From positions 11,422-75,421 of IMG/VR virus record IMGVR_UViG_3300031552_000003: 64,000 bases of DNA. One strand, 5' to 3'. Under the pieces are notes generated by a model. It searched no databases and had not been told where the DNA came from. It worked only from the letters and a program-made list of their open reading frames with translations. Of this stretch, positions 48,476-56,429 are shown piece by piece (position 1 is the first letter of the stretch; every line of letters begins with the position of its first letter). The stretch comes from a virus. The translations under genes and the position numbers were made by a program.

Positions 48476-49360
48476 TTAAGCATTATATTTTTCCCAAGAA
48501 ACTGTATTAAAAATTTCTTTGCGATTTACCCATCTGGCAAAACGTTTTAAATGTATATTAGGTTCTTTGTTTGTTTCAAAATCACGATAAGGTTGGGCAA
48601 ATGGATTACAATGTTTTTCTTTTAAAAAATTAACACGTTCTAAAGCATCAGGAATATCTTTTACTAAAACATAAACAAAAACACGATAATTTTTAAATCC
48701 GAATTTATTTAAGTTTTGTAATGCTTTTTCAATTTGTGGTATTTGATTTTTAGTATCACATGCCATACGTAATACACTTTTCCATTTTACTTTACTAAGT
48801 AATTCAGCTATTTCAATATTTTTTGCAATTATTCGAGCATCTAAACCTTGGTTAAAATCTACTTTAATTTTAAGTTTAACTATTTTTTCAATTTGTTGTA
48901 AACCATGCTCATGGGCAAGTACATTATTATCCATTAAAATTGCAGACTTTCTTCCTTGTAAAATTTCTTCTATATCTGCGTAAGGTTTAATGATCCCTTC
49001 CTTGCGAGGTACGATACACCATTCGCATTTATTAGGACAGCCACGGGTAAGAAAACCATAAGCATCAGGATACTGAGGATAAATAGAATAGTCACATGGT
49101 AAATTATCTATGTTTTCTGGAAGAGTTTTGGAATATAGCTTATATCCGGTCCCTCCTTTTTCAATAACAGCAGATTCGTTAAATCCAAATTTAAAATCAG
49201 GAGTATATGTAAAAACTTTACTCATGTATATCTTATCAAAATTCCCCAATGTAACAAATGAAACAGAATCCCCTAAATTTTTATGATATTTGGAAATTTT
49301 CATTAAAGCTAAATTAGGGAAATTATGCCCATCTACATCAATTAATCCTATTTTACACAT
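48476..49360 (-). CDS. Radical SAM protein
   Basis: TRGCPNKCEWC (CxxxCxxC); DNN; FNQGLDAR. Confidence 0.9.
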   Translation of the reverse strand: MCKIGLIDVDGHNFPNLALMKISKYHKNLGDSVSFVTLGNFDKIYMSKVFTYTPDFKFGFNESAVIEKGGTGYKLYSKTLPENIDNLPCDYSIYPQYPDAYGFLTRGCPNKCEWCIVPRKEGIIKPYADIEEILQGRKSAILMDNNVLAHEHGLQQIEKIVKLKIKVDFNQGLDARIIAKNIEIAELLSKVKWKSVLRMACDTKNQIPQIEKALQNLNKFGFKNYRVFVYVLVKDIPDALERVNFLKEKHCNPFAQPYRDFETNKEPNIHLKRFARWVNRKEIFNTVSWEKYNA

Positions 49361-49374
49361 ATATTAAGATTAAT

Positions 49375-49406
49375 AAAACGAGAAGAGTTTAAAGCCTTCT
49401 CGTTTT
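49375..49406 (-). terminator. Intrinsic terminator
   Basis: AAAACGAGAAG...CTTCTCGTTTT hairpin. Confidence 0.7.
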
Positions 49407-49430
49407 ATGATTGTTATTTTGTTTGTTTTT

Positions 49431-50099
49431 TTACTTTGGCTTGGTAATATGATTATTTTTTTCTAATAATTCCAAAACACGTTTTACAATAAGATTAGCA
49501 TTTCTTATCCCATTACTTTTAGGGTCGGCCCCTTTTTTTGTCATTTTATCTCTTAATTCTGATAATGACATCCAGGGATTTTTTCCAATAATTTCTAATG
49601 CTGTTGCAAAATCAGAATTTCTTTCTCTTAATTTCTTTTCTTTTACAACCTTCTCCTTTTTTTCTGCTTTTACTTTCGCTGGTTTTTCTTCTTCAACCAC
49701 AACTGGTACTTTTTTTCCTTTTGCAAGGGCTGCTGCCGGAACTTTTTTAGATTCTTTTTTTGCAGGTTTTTCTTCTTCTACTTCGTTAATCTCATTTTCA
49801 ATATCATCGTCATATTCTTCTTCAATTTCTACTGCAATTGGAGCTTTTTTACCTTTTGTTGTTGGGGCTGTTTTCTTTTTTGGTGAAGCTATAAGTTCAT
49901 TGATAATTGCATGTGCCCCTTCAGAAATTTCATCATCTTCAGTCATTTCCATAACTGCATTTTTGATTATTTCCACTATCTCATCTTCAGTTGCTTTTTT
50001 CTGGATTATGATAGGCTCTTCAGTAACCTCATCAATTAAACCAAGGACATCAATCAATTCTTCAGCAACATTTCTTAACTGTTTTACTGTTATACTCAT
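49431..50099 (-). CDS. Acidic/Lys-rich low-complexity protein, possibly nucleoid-associated
   Basis: KGKK-P repeats and Glu-rich segments; own promoter and terminator. Confidence 0.6.
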   Translation of the reverse strand: MSITVKQLRNVAEELIDVLGLIDEVTEEPIIIQKKATEDEIVEIIKNAVMEMTEDDEISEGAHAIINELIASPKKKTAPTTKGKKAPIAVEIEEEYDDDIENEINEVEEEKPAKKESKKVPAAALAKGKKVPVVVEEEKPAKVKAEKKEKVVKEKKLRERNSDFATALEIIGKNPWMSLSELRDKMTKKGADPKSNGIRNANLIVKRVLELLEKNNHITKPK

Positions 50100-50138
50100 A
50101 ATTTTTAAAAATTTTAAATTAATATTAATTTTGAATCA

Positions 50139-50170
50139 CAAAAATACATTCTGATTTTATATAAAACAAA
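50139..50170 (-). promoter_or_regulatory. Bacteroidota sigma70 promoter
   Basis: TTTG - 20 nt - TATTTTTG. Confidence 0.65.
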
Positions 50171-50222
50171 TGTTTTTTAATATTTTTTTAAATATTTTAT
50201 TAAAACATTTATTTACCTGTTG

Positions 50223-50717
50223 TTAAATAGTTTTAAAAGTTTTAGTATTCATATCGGGCCAAAGGTATTTCCCATTATTAAAACCTTTATCTTCTGGAAA
50301 CAATGGAAGATAAAATTCTTTATTCTTTTCTATTAATCTCGATCGCATAGCACGGTGAAAGTCTCCATTACCAAGCCACCAAGGAAGGGAATATTGTAAA
50401 TCCAAAACAGAACCACATATTTTCCCAAATAAATCATCTTCTTGTAAAGCAATTGTTTCATACTTGGTATTGATATTATGTTTGGTTTTACAAATAATAA
50501 GAAACATGTTAAAATATGCTTTTAAAGCACAACCATACCCCACCCACATTTTAACTGCTGGATGTTCTCCCCATGGTACTTTATCTTTTGGACATTCTTC
50601 TAAATGTGATAATATTGAGATTATCTGTTTAGCTTCTACAACTTGTTTCCAACATCTCTTTTTATCCATAACTTTAGCGCTATGTAAAAAATCCGGGTAA
50701 GGTAAAAATGTGTTCAT
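50223..50717 (-). CDS. Pyrimidine-dimer glycosylase / MSMEG_6728-like protein
   Basis: MNTFLPYPDF, KQVVEAKQI, HPAVKMW, PWWLG..FH...RSRL. Confidence 0.8.
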   Translation of the reverse strand: MNTFLPYPDFLHSAKVMDKKRCWKQVVEAKQIISILSHLEECPKDKVPWGEHPAVKMWVGYGCALKAYFNMFLIICKTKHNINTKYETIALQEDDLFGKICGSVLDLQYSLPWWLGNGDFHRAMRSRLIEKNKEFYLPLFPEDKGFNNGKYLWPDMNTKTFKTI

Positions 50718-50746
50718 AAATTTTAAGTTTTAAAATTAAAAATGAT

Positions 50747-52291
50747 TTACCAGTATGAACCGAGGCAGGGTCGCCCACGTTTTAAATTCTGCAAAACATG
50801 CACCTGGTTTTTAATATTGTACTCCCCTTCACGAATAGCTAATTGATTTATTCGCATCACCCCTATTTCTTTTTCTCTACCATGGTGATCTTGGTTTAAC
50901 CCATAAAAAGCAGTTACATGACCATATTTGCGCTTGTCCTCAGAAAAATTTCTTAATTTTAATAAATCATGCTCATAGCTATCCGCATCTGATTGTGTAA
51001 CTGTTATTGTTAAACAATGACGAATATCTGAGACACCCCGCATATCCATCCATATTTTATTTTGTTTTGTTCGTTGTTCTTTTTCATATTCATCTGTCAT
51101 AATATCTGGATAATCATAAAACACAACGTCAGGAATAAACCCTTCTTTTTCCCAAATATCCATTATGCTTAAAGATTTTTTTACAGTCAATGTGCCACTT
51201 GGTGTGGTATGTATTTTAAATTGTCGCTTATATTTTATAAAAAAGTTTGTTATTTTTTTTATTGCCTCATCTACTGTTAATGGTTCCCCTACATCAATTT
51301 CTTTTAACCATACAGTCCCCCAATTATTCATTTTAAATTCATCACAAGCTGTACATGGGATGTAATCTGTGTTTTTTTTATACGCTTCAACCAATTCTTT
51401 TTTTGTGACCTCCTTTCTTAATTCCAAAGTTTCTATTTTATTTTTTTTAAACACACCATAGCAGTTCCTACGATCGTTTTTATCACACAAATCCGCTTGA
51501 TTAAACACACAATCTACCCCAGGGTGGTATATTGTTCCACTGTACTCTTTTTTGTTTGATTTACACGCCAAATAAATGGAAATACGAATTAGCAATTGAT
51601 CCTCGTTCATATCCCCTGCTTCAAAAAAAGCGACACGCTTGCCTTGTTTAACCGCACGCATCGCCATATCAACCATAAACCACGTCTTCCCCCTTTTTTC
51701 AGGGGACAACAAAGCAACAAATCCTCCGCGGACTAATTCGCTATTCCAAAAAGAACCCAAAGCACCATTGTATTTAATTAAACATTCAGAAGTATTATTA
51801 AAAGCATGTTCAACTTTAGTTAAAACGTTTTTATCAGACATGTCAAACCATTGCCCGGAATCTTTTGCCATTGGCTTGAATGTCGTTGCTAATTTTTCCG
51901 CTTCTAATGATTTTCCTACTTCTAACAAATTTATTACTTCCTCAAAATGCTTTCGCATATGACGTTCATTGAAGTATTGCTTGGTAATGTCCACCAGGTA
52001 ATCTACATTTACCCCTTCTTGCTCGTATTCTTCCGACAATCCTGGCAGGATAGACCCTTCCATTTCTTCGGTTAAATCCTTCGGTAAACCGTTTTCTTTC
52101 TTTTTGTAATAAATCGTCTCTATTTCTCTTCCGGGTGCTTTGGAATATTTATCAAAATATTCCATACACCATGCAGCAATTCTTTTTGCTGTAGATGATT
52201 CAAATAATTGAATTGTCCAATAATCTTTAATTCTCTGAGTATATTCAGTGCTTGTAATAAGCCCTATGATTATCTTTCTTTCCTCTATCAT
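50747..52291 (-). CDS. dnaB: DnaB-like replicative helicase
   Basis: Walker A SPEKRGKT, FFE.DM, FYDYPD, VTQ, SEDKRK. Confidence 0.8.
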   Translation of the reverse strand: MIEERKIIIGLITSTEYTQRIKDYWTIQLFESSTAKRIAAWCMEYFDKYSKAPGREIETIYYKKKENGLPKDLTEEMEGSILPGLSEEYEQEGVNVDYLVDITKQYFNERHMRKHFEEVINLLEVGKSLEAEKLATTFKPMAKDSGQWFDMSDKNVLTKVEHAFNNTSECLIKYNGALGSFWNSELVRGGFVALLSPEKRGKTWFMVDMAMRAVKQGKRVAFFEAGDMNEDQLLIRISIYLACKSNKKEYSGTIYHPGVDCVFNQADLCDKNDRRNCYGVFKKNKIETLELRKEVTKKELVEAYKKNTDYIPCTACDEFKMNNWGTVWLKEIDVGEPLTVDEAIKKITNFFIKYKRQFKIHTTPSGTLTVKKSLSIMDIWEKEGFIPDVVFYDYPDIMTDEYEKEQRTKQNKIWMDMRGVSDIRHCLTITVTQSDADSYEHDLLKLRNFSEDKRKYGHVTAFYGLNQDHHGREKEIGVMRINQLAIREGEYNIKNQVHVLQNLKRGRPCLGSYW

Positions 52292-52899
52292 ACTTCTCTA
52301 TAATTAATATCATTAGTTTTTACTATCCTGCACATTTGTTGTATTCGTGAAGTAATTCTTTCATCCCCTAACTTTTCAGCTAATTCTGGTAAAGTAAAAT
52401 TAGAAGTAAAAATTGTTGTTTTTTCATTTTCGTAACGATGGTTTATAATTAAGTAGAGTGTTTGTAATGCCCATTCTGTTGTTTTTTCTGCCCCAAAATC
52501 ATCAAAAACTAAAAAATCAAGATTCTTGTATTTAGAAATTATTTCGAACTCACTCAAGTTTTTTTCTTCTTTATCATTTTTTAAATTAAAATTGAAACAC
52601 ATTTTAAGTTTCAATAAAAAATCAGGAATTGAAATAAATTCTGCTGTTTTTCCCCAATCAGCATGTATAAAATTATTTTTTAGATAAGTGAGCATCATAA
52701 AAACAGCATATAAAGTTTTACCGGAACCTATTTTTCCAGAAACAAAAGAACTTTGTATAGTATCTATTTTTGGAAACGGAAGGGTGTTTATATCTTTTTG
52801 GATTCGTTTAGAAAATTGTTGCGTTTGTAAATTAAACTCAGTTTCGTCCCATTCAACAATTCTTCGTTGCTTTTTTTCTTCCGGGGTATATTGTTTCAT
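52288..52899 (-). CDS. DnaC/IstB-like helicase loader ATPase
   Basis: GKIGSGKT, LVFDDFGAE, IINHRY, FTSN, RITSRI. Confidence 0.9.
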   Translation of the reverse strand: MKQYTPEEKKQRRIVEWDETEFNLQTQQFSKRIQKDINTLPFPKIDTIQSSFVSGKIGSGKTLYAVFMMLTYLKNNFIHADWGKTAEFISIPDFLLKLKMCFNFNLKNDKEEKNLSEFEIISKYKNLDFLVFDDFGAEKTTEWALQTLYLIINHRYENEKTTIFTSNFTLPELAEKLGDERITSRIQQMCRIVKTNDINYREV

Positions 52900-52900
52900 A

Positions 52901-53800
52901 TTAATATTTATTGATTATTAATTCTGGTTCTTTGTATTTCATTGTTGGCTTATTCCCGTTTTTTAATGTCCCTATAGAATTTGGGTTTGATTTGTAATTA
53001 TTTGTATTTTTATAACCATCTCTTTCCATTGCACTTTCTAAACGAATAAACTTAGCATGTAAAGAAGAACCTGATTCAATAACTGGAATATATGTCCCTC
53101 CTATGTTTTTTGCATACCAATTCAATGCTTTTCTTACTCGGGAATAACTCACACCATCTGTTTCAATTAATTTTCTAATATCATTTGCCCATGCTTGTAA
53201 ACGATTTGGTGTAATTTTAATGTTTTTATTGGAACAAATAATTTTAGATAAATTTTCTGCTAATGGAATATATTCTTTGTTTTTTTCTTTGGAAAAAGGT
53301 GGTGGACAAAGAGTATTTATTTTATTTTTTTTATTAGAACTTAAAGCATTTATATTTATATTAGAACTTAAAGCATTTACGGCCGATTTTGCCACCGGTG
53401 GCAAAACAGGGTGGGTGGCTCCACCCACCCTATTATCAGGTAGGTGGTTTTTGCTCCAAATAAAATTCACTTTAATATAATGATTTTTAATTTGATTATT
53501 TTTATTTTTAGTTTGTATATCTTCAATTAAACCTAACATTTTTAATTTCTTTTTTATTGATTGTACCTTATTTTTCCCCCAATGTAACCCATTCTGCACA
53601 TAAGTTGATGTTGCTTTTGGTTGATTTGTTTTTTGCCATTTTGCAGTATAATAATAGAATCCATATAATGCAAATAATTCTGCAAAATTTGGTTGCATCA
53701 ATAAAATATCCATTAAATGTTTTGATAAAACGATAGGTTCTTCGTTTTGATTATAGTCATAGGTATTTTTTTGTATTTTTGAATGTTTTGTTCGTACCAT
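52901..53800 (-). CDS. Replication initiator protein
   Basis: N-terminal wHTH-like region, repeat-containing linker, C-terminal WANDIRKL domain; upstream of loader and helicase. Confidence 0.75.
   Translation of the reverse strand: MVRTKHSKIQKNTYDYNQNEEPIVLSKHLMDILLMQPNFAELFALYGFYYYTAKWQKTNQPKATSTYVQNGLHWGKNKVQSIKKKLKMLGLIEDIQTKNKNNQIKNHYIKVNFIWSKNHLPDNRVGGATHPVLPPVAKSAVNALSSNININALSSNKKNKINTLCPPPFSKEKNKEYIPLAENLSKIICSNKNIKITPNRLQAWANDIRKLIETDGVSYSRVRKALNWYAKNIGGTYIPVIESGSSLHAKFIRLESAMERDGYKNTNNYKSNPNSIGTLKNGNKPTMKYKEPELIINKY
53332..53431. repeat. Putative replication origin inside initiator gene
   Basis: Two 21-bp direct repeats (53332, 53359), 20-bp perfect palindrome 53387-53406, 11-bp inverted repeat 53408-53431, next to an AT-rich tract. 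Confidence 0.6.
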
Positions 53801-53804
53801 ACAG

Positions 53805-53911
53805 AAGGGGGGATTAAAAAACCCGAGGGATTTCAGGTGTGGCCCCCTTACTCTCCATCAGGTTTATGTTTACAAAACTATAATATTTTAATTGTTGCGG
53901 CCACACAACAA
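53805..53911 (-). promoter_or_regulatory. Structured 5' leader of initiator gene
   Basis: Two hairpins with complementary loops GUGGCC/GGCCAC; promoter-like TTTG-20nt-TATATTTA upstream (53933-53964). Confidence 0.5.
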
Positions 53912-53987
53912 ATAGATTTCAAAAATATTTTGTAAATATAAACCTTCATAAATAAAAAACCAAATAAAATTTTTAATTATCTATTTT

Positions 53988-54191
53988 TTAAGAACTTAAT
54001 TTATTTATTCTTAGTTCAGATTCAAATTGTTCCCGGTCGTTTGGATGACAAAAACATAACAATATTTCATTTGTTTTAAAACAAAGATATTCCCATGATA
54101 AACAATTGTTATGCGCCATTGCATTTCTAATTATTCTGATTCTTATACTATCACTTTTTAGAAGTGATGTAGGTTTAGTTGTTCGTACCAT
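53988..54191 (-). CDS. Hypothetical protein
   Basis: Starts MVRTTK. Confidence 0.55.
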   Translation of the reverse strand: MVRTTKPTSLLKSDSIRIRIIRNAMAHNNCLSWEYLCFKTNEILLCFCHPNDREQFESELRINKLSS

Positions 54192-54197
54192 AATTTT

Positions 54198-54638
54198 TTA
54201 TTTTATAAAATCAATGAATATTTGTTGTAATTTTTGAGAATAAGTTTCTTTTGCAACATAAGTAGCAACATAAGCAACATAAGCAACATAAGCAGCTGCT
54301 TTTCTTTTTTCTATTAAAAAATCAAGTGATACTTTTCCAGAATAAAAATCTTCTGTAGCTTGTAAACATTCTCTTATTCGTAAATCATTTGGATATTTTT
54401 TTTCATAAATAGGTAAAACTGCCCAAGCTAATTGTAAACTTAATTTTTTCTTTTCATCTAATGTTAAATCACAGTTATTATAAATAAACCATCTTTTATC
54501 TTTTATAGAAATTTCAGATTCAAAAATTGTTTGAATATCAATTTCCTGATTGTTGATAAAAGATAATTGCTCTACTTGTTTTGTGGTATAACACCCTTTA
54601 CTTTGTAAAATTTCTTGTTTTGTGAAAATTGTTTTCAT
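54198..54638 (-). CDS. Imm5-like helical phage protein with AYV repeats
   Basis: VLPIYEKKYPNDLR.R; 9-bp repeat GCAACATAA; likely start MKTIF. Confidence 0.6.
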   Translation of the reverse strand: MKTIFTKQEILQSKGCYTTKQVEQLSFINNQEIDIQTIFESEISIKDKRWFIYNNCDLTLDEKKKLSLQLAWAVLPIYEKKYPNDLRIRECLQATEDFYSGKVSLDFLIEKRKAAAYVAYVAYVATYVAKETYSQKLQQIFIDFIK

Positions 54639-54649
54639 AAATAAAATAT

Positions 54650-54877
54650 TTAAGTTAATAATTTGATACATTCTTGTAATGCTCTTTTATGTAAAATATG
54701 ATAGTCATGTTTATTTTTACTAAATGCACATAATCTTGAAAAACAATAATCATATTTTTCAATTACAACATTCATTGCATGGATTGTATTTACAAATAGA
54801 TATTTGATATTCTTTCTTCTTAAATCTATAGAAGAAGGTTTTGCAGACATTGATGATATTGTGAATGTAGTTTCCAT
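54650..54877 (-). CDS. Hypothetical protein
   Basis: Coupled ORF. Confidence 0.4.
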   Translation of the reverse strand: METTFTISSMSAKPSSIDLRRKNIKYLFVNTIHAMNVVIEKYDYCFSRLCAFSKNKHDYHILHKRALQECIKLLT

Positions 54878-55107
54878 TATTTTGTACGTGTGTATTTGAT
54901 GTAATTAAACTCATTTTGCATAATATAAGCAGGATAACCATTTCCCATTACCCAAACCCCTTTTTCACTATTTTTAGTAATGCCAGGTGGTTTTATTATT
55001 TTGTGCATGGTATTTGGGAGCAGGTTTTCGTAGATTTCCCCTTTAGGCCAGACTTCAGTTATTCTGATTTTTTTTCCTACATAAGAATATTTAGATCGGA
55101 TTATCAT
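54877..55107 (-). CDS. Hypothetical protein
   Basis: MIIRSK start, GVWVMGNG, YTRTK end. Confidence 0.55.
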   Translation of the reverse strand: MIIRSKYSYVGKKIRITEVWPKGEIYENLLPNTMHKIIKPPGITKNSEKGVWVMGNGYPAYIMQNEFNYIKYTRTK

Positions 55108-55274
55108 AATCTATTTGATTGAATGGTTCAAAATTATACACAAGCCATTTATTTTTACTTAATTTATTATCTAAATAAGCTATGATTTGTGTTTTTGTAT
55201 AATTTTCAGGGATATAATCTTCCACATCATTACATTCCATCATATTTACAGCAATATAAATTTTTTTCATGGTT

Positions 55275-56255
55275 TTAAGATATTAATTGTTTAACTAAAT
55301 AATCTGCTTCACTTTGAGACAAAGATGCCGGATCCCCTTTAATGGAAACTTTAAAAGCATCTATTCCACGAAACCGTAATTCTGCTATCAGTGATTTAGC
55401 TTGTTGTTTTGACTGAATTTCTTTGCTAAGGGCAAGATTTTTTTTGATTGTTTTTAAATCAAAAAAACCTTTTTCTTTTTCCTCTCCTTCGTCAAACAAA
55501 ACAGCAACCCGTTTAAACGTTTTTGCAATTAAATTTACTTGTTTTGGTGTATAAGCTATCCCGGAAGTAGCAAAAGCATATCTACCAAGTCTCCACACAT
55601 CTGTAGTACCCTCTACACAAATTCCGGTAGTTCCCCAACTTTCTTGTTTTCCATATAAAATGCTCTTGTGCGGGATTATTTCACGCTCTAATGGACATGC
55701 CATATACTTTACAGAAGTTTTGCCTGTTATATCGCGAGCATCAAACGATATTTGTTTCCCTGACCAAATATATGGGATAATGATTCTAAATCGAAAATCA
55801 AGCATATAATCATCCTTTTTAAGGGTACTAACAGGACCTGTACCAACTAATTTCCATTCTTGCTCTAAAAAATCCGGATCAAACCCTCTTTTTTCCAAAT
55901 ATTTTTTATGGGTTTTTTGTAAAGGCATGGTGTTGCTTGGCAATTTATGTGGTTTAGTATTTTGATGTGATAATTTTTCAATATGTTTAATGTATGTATG
56001 TCCTCCATATTGGTTAATAATTTCTTTTGCTTGTTGCCAATTAATATTTAACAAAGCAATTATAGTATCATTTATGGAATGCCACCCACAACGATAACAA
56101 GTAAAATAATTACCACTTAGATTAAATCCTAAGTGGTAATTTTGTGAACCTTCACAAAATGGGCAATGTATATTTGCCCATCCTTGTGAAGTGTGTTTAT
56201 TCCCTTCGGTTACATAAGGAATTGAAAAATCTTCAAATAATTGTATGATGTTCAT
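55275..56255 (-). CDS. DNA primase (zinc finger + TOPRIM)
   Basis: CPFC...H...CYRC; RIIIP; VEG..D; LFD; GDP. Confidence 0.88.
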   Translation of the reverse strand: MNIIQLFEDFSIPYVTEGNKHTSQGWANIHCPFCEGSQNYHLGFNLSGNYFTCYRCGWHSINDTIIALLNINWQQAKEIINQYGGHTYIKHIEKLSHQNTKPHKLPSNTMPLQKTHKKYLEKRGFDPDFLEQEWKLVGTGPVSTLKKDDYMLDFRFRIIIPYIWSGKQISFDARDITGKTSVKYMACPLEREIIPHKSILYGKQESWGTTGICVEGTTDVWRLGRYAFATSGIAYTPKQVNLIAKTFKRVAVLFDEGEEKEKGFFDLKTIKKNLALSKEIQSKQQAKSLIAELRFRGIDAFKVSIKGDPASLSQSEADYLVKQLIS

Positions 56256-56429
56256 AATTAATTTGATTCAAGTGGCATTATTTTAAGTTGAAAAAGCACA
56301 ACCACAATGAAATAATCCAGGTTGTACATTATAGTTTTCGTCATATATTGGATATGCTTTTGTAACAAAATACTTACCACATGAATCACATTTTTTCTTT
56401 TTTATTGTTTTCATGATTAAAAAGTTTTA

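Noticed and set aside
54105-54120. GTTATGCGCCATT as another cassette end
   Set aside because: No matching inverted partner found; lies mid-ORF
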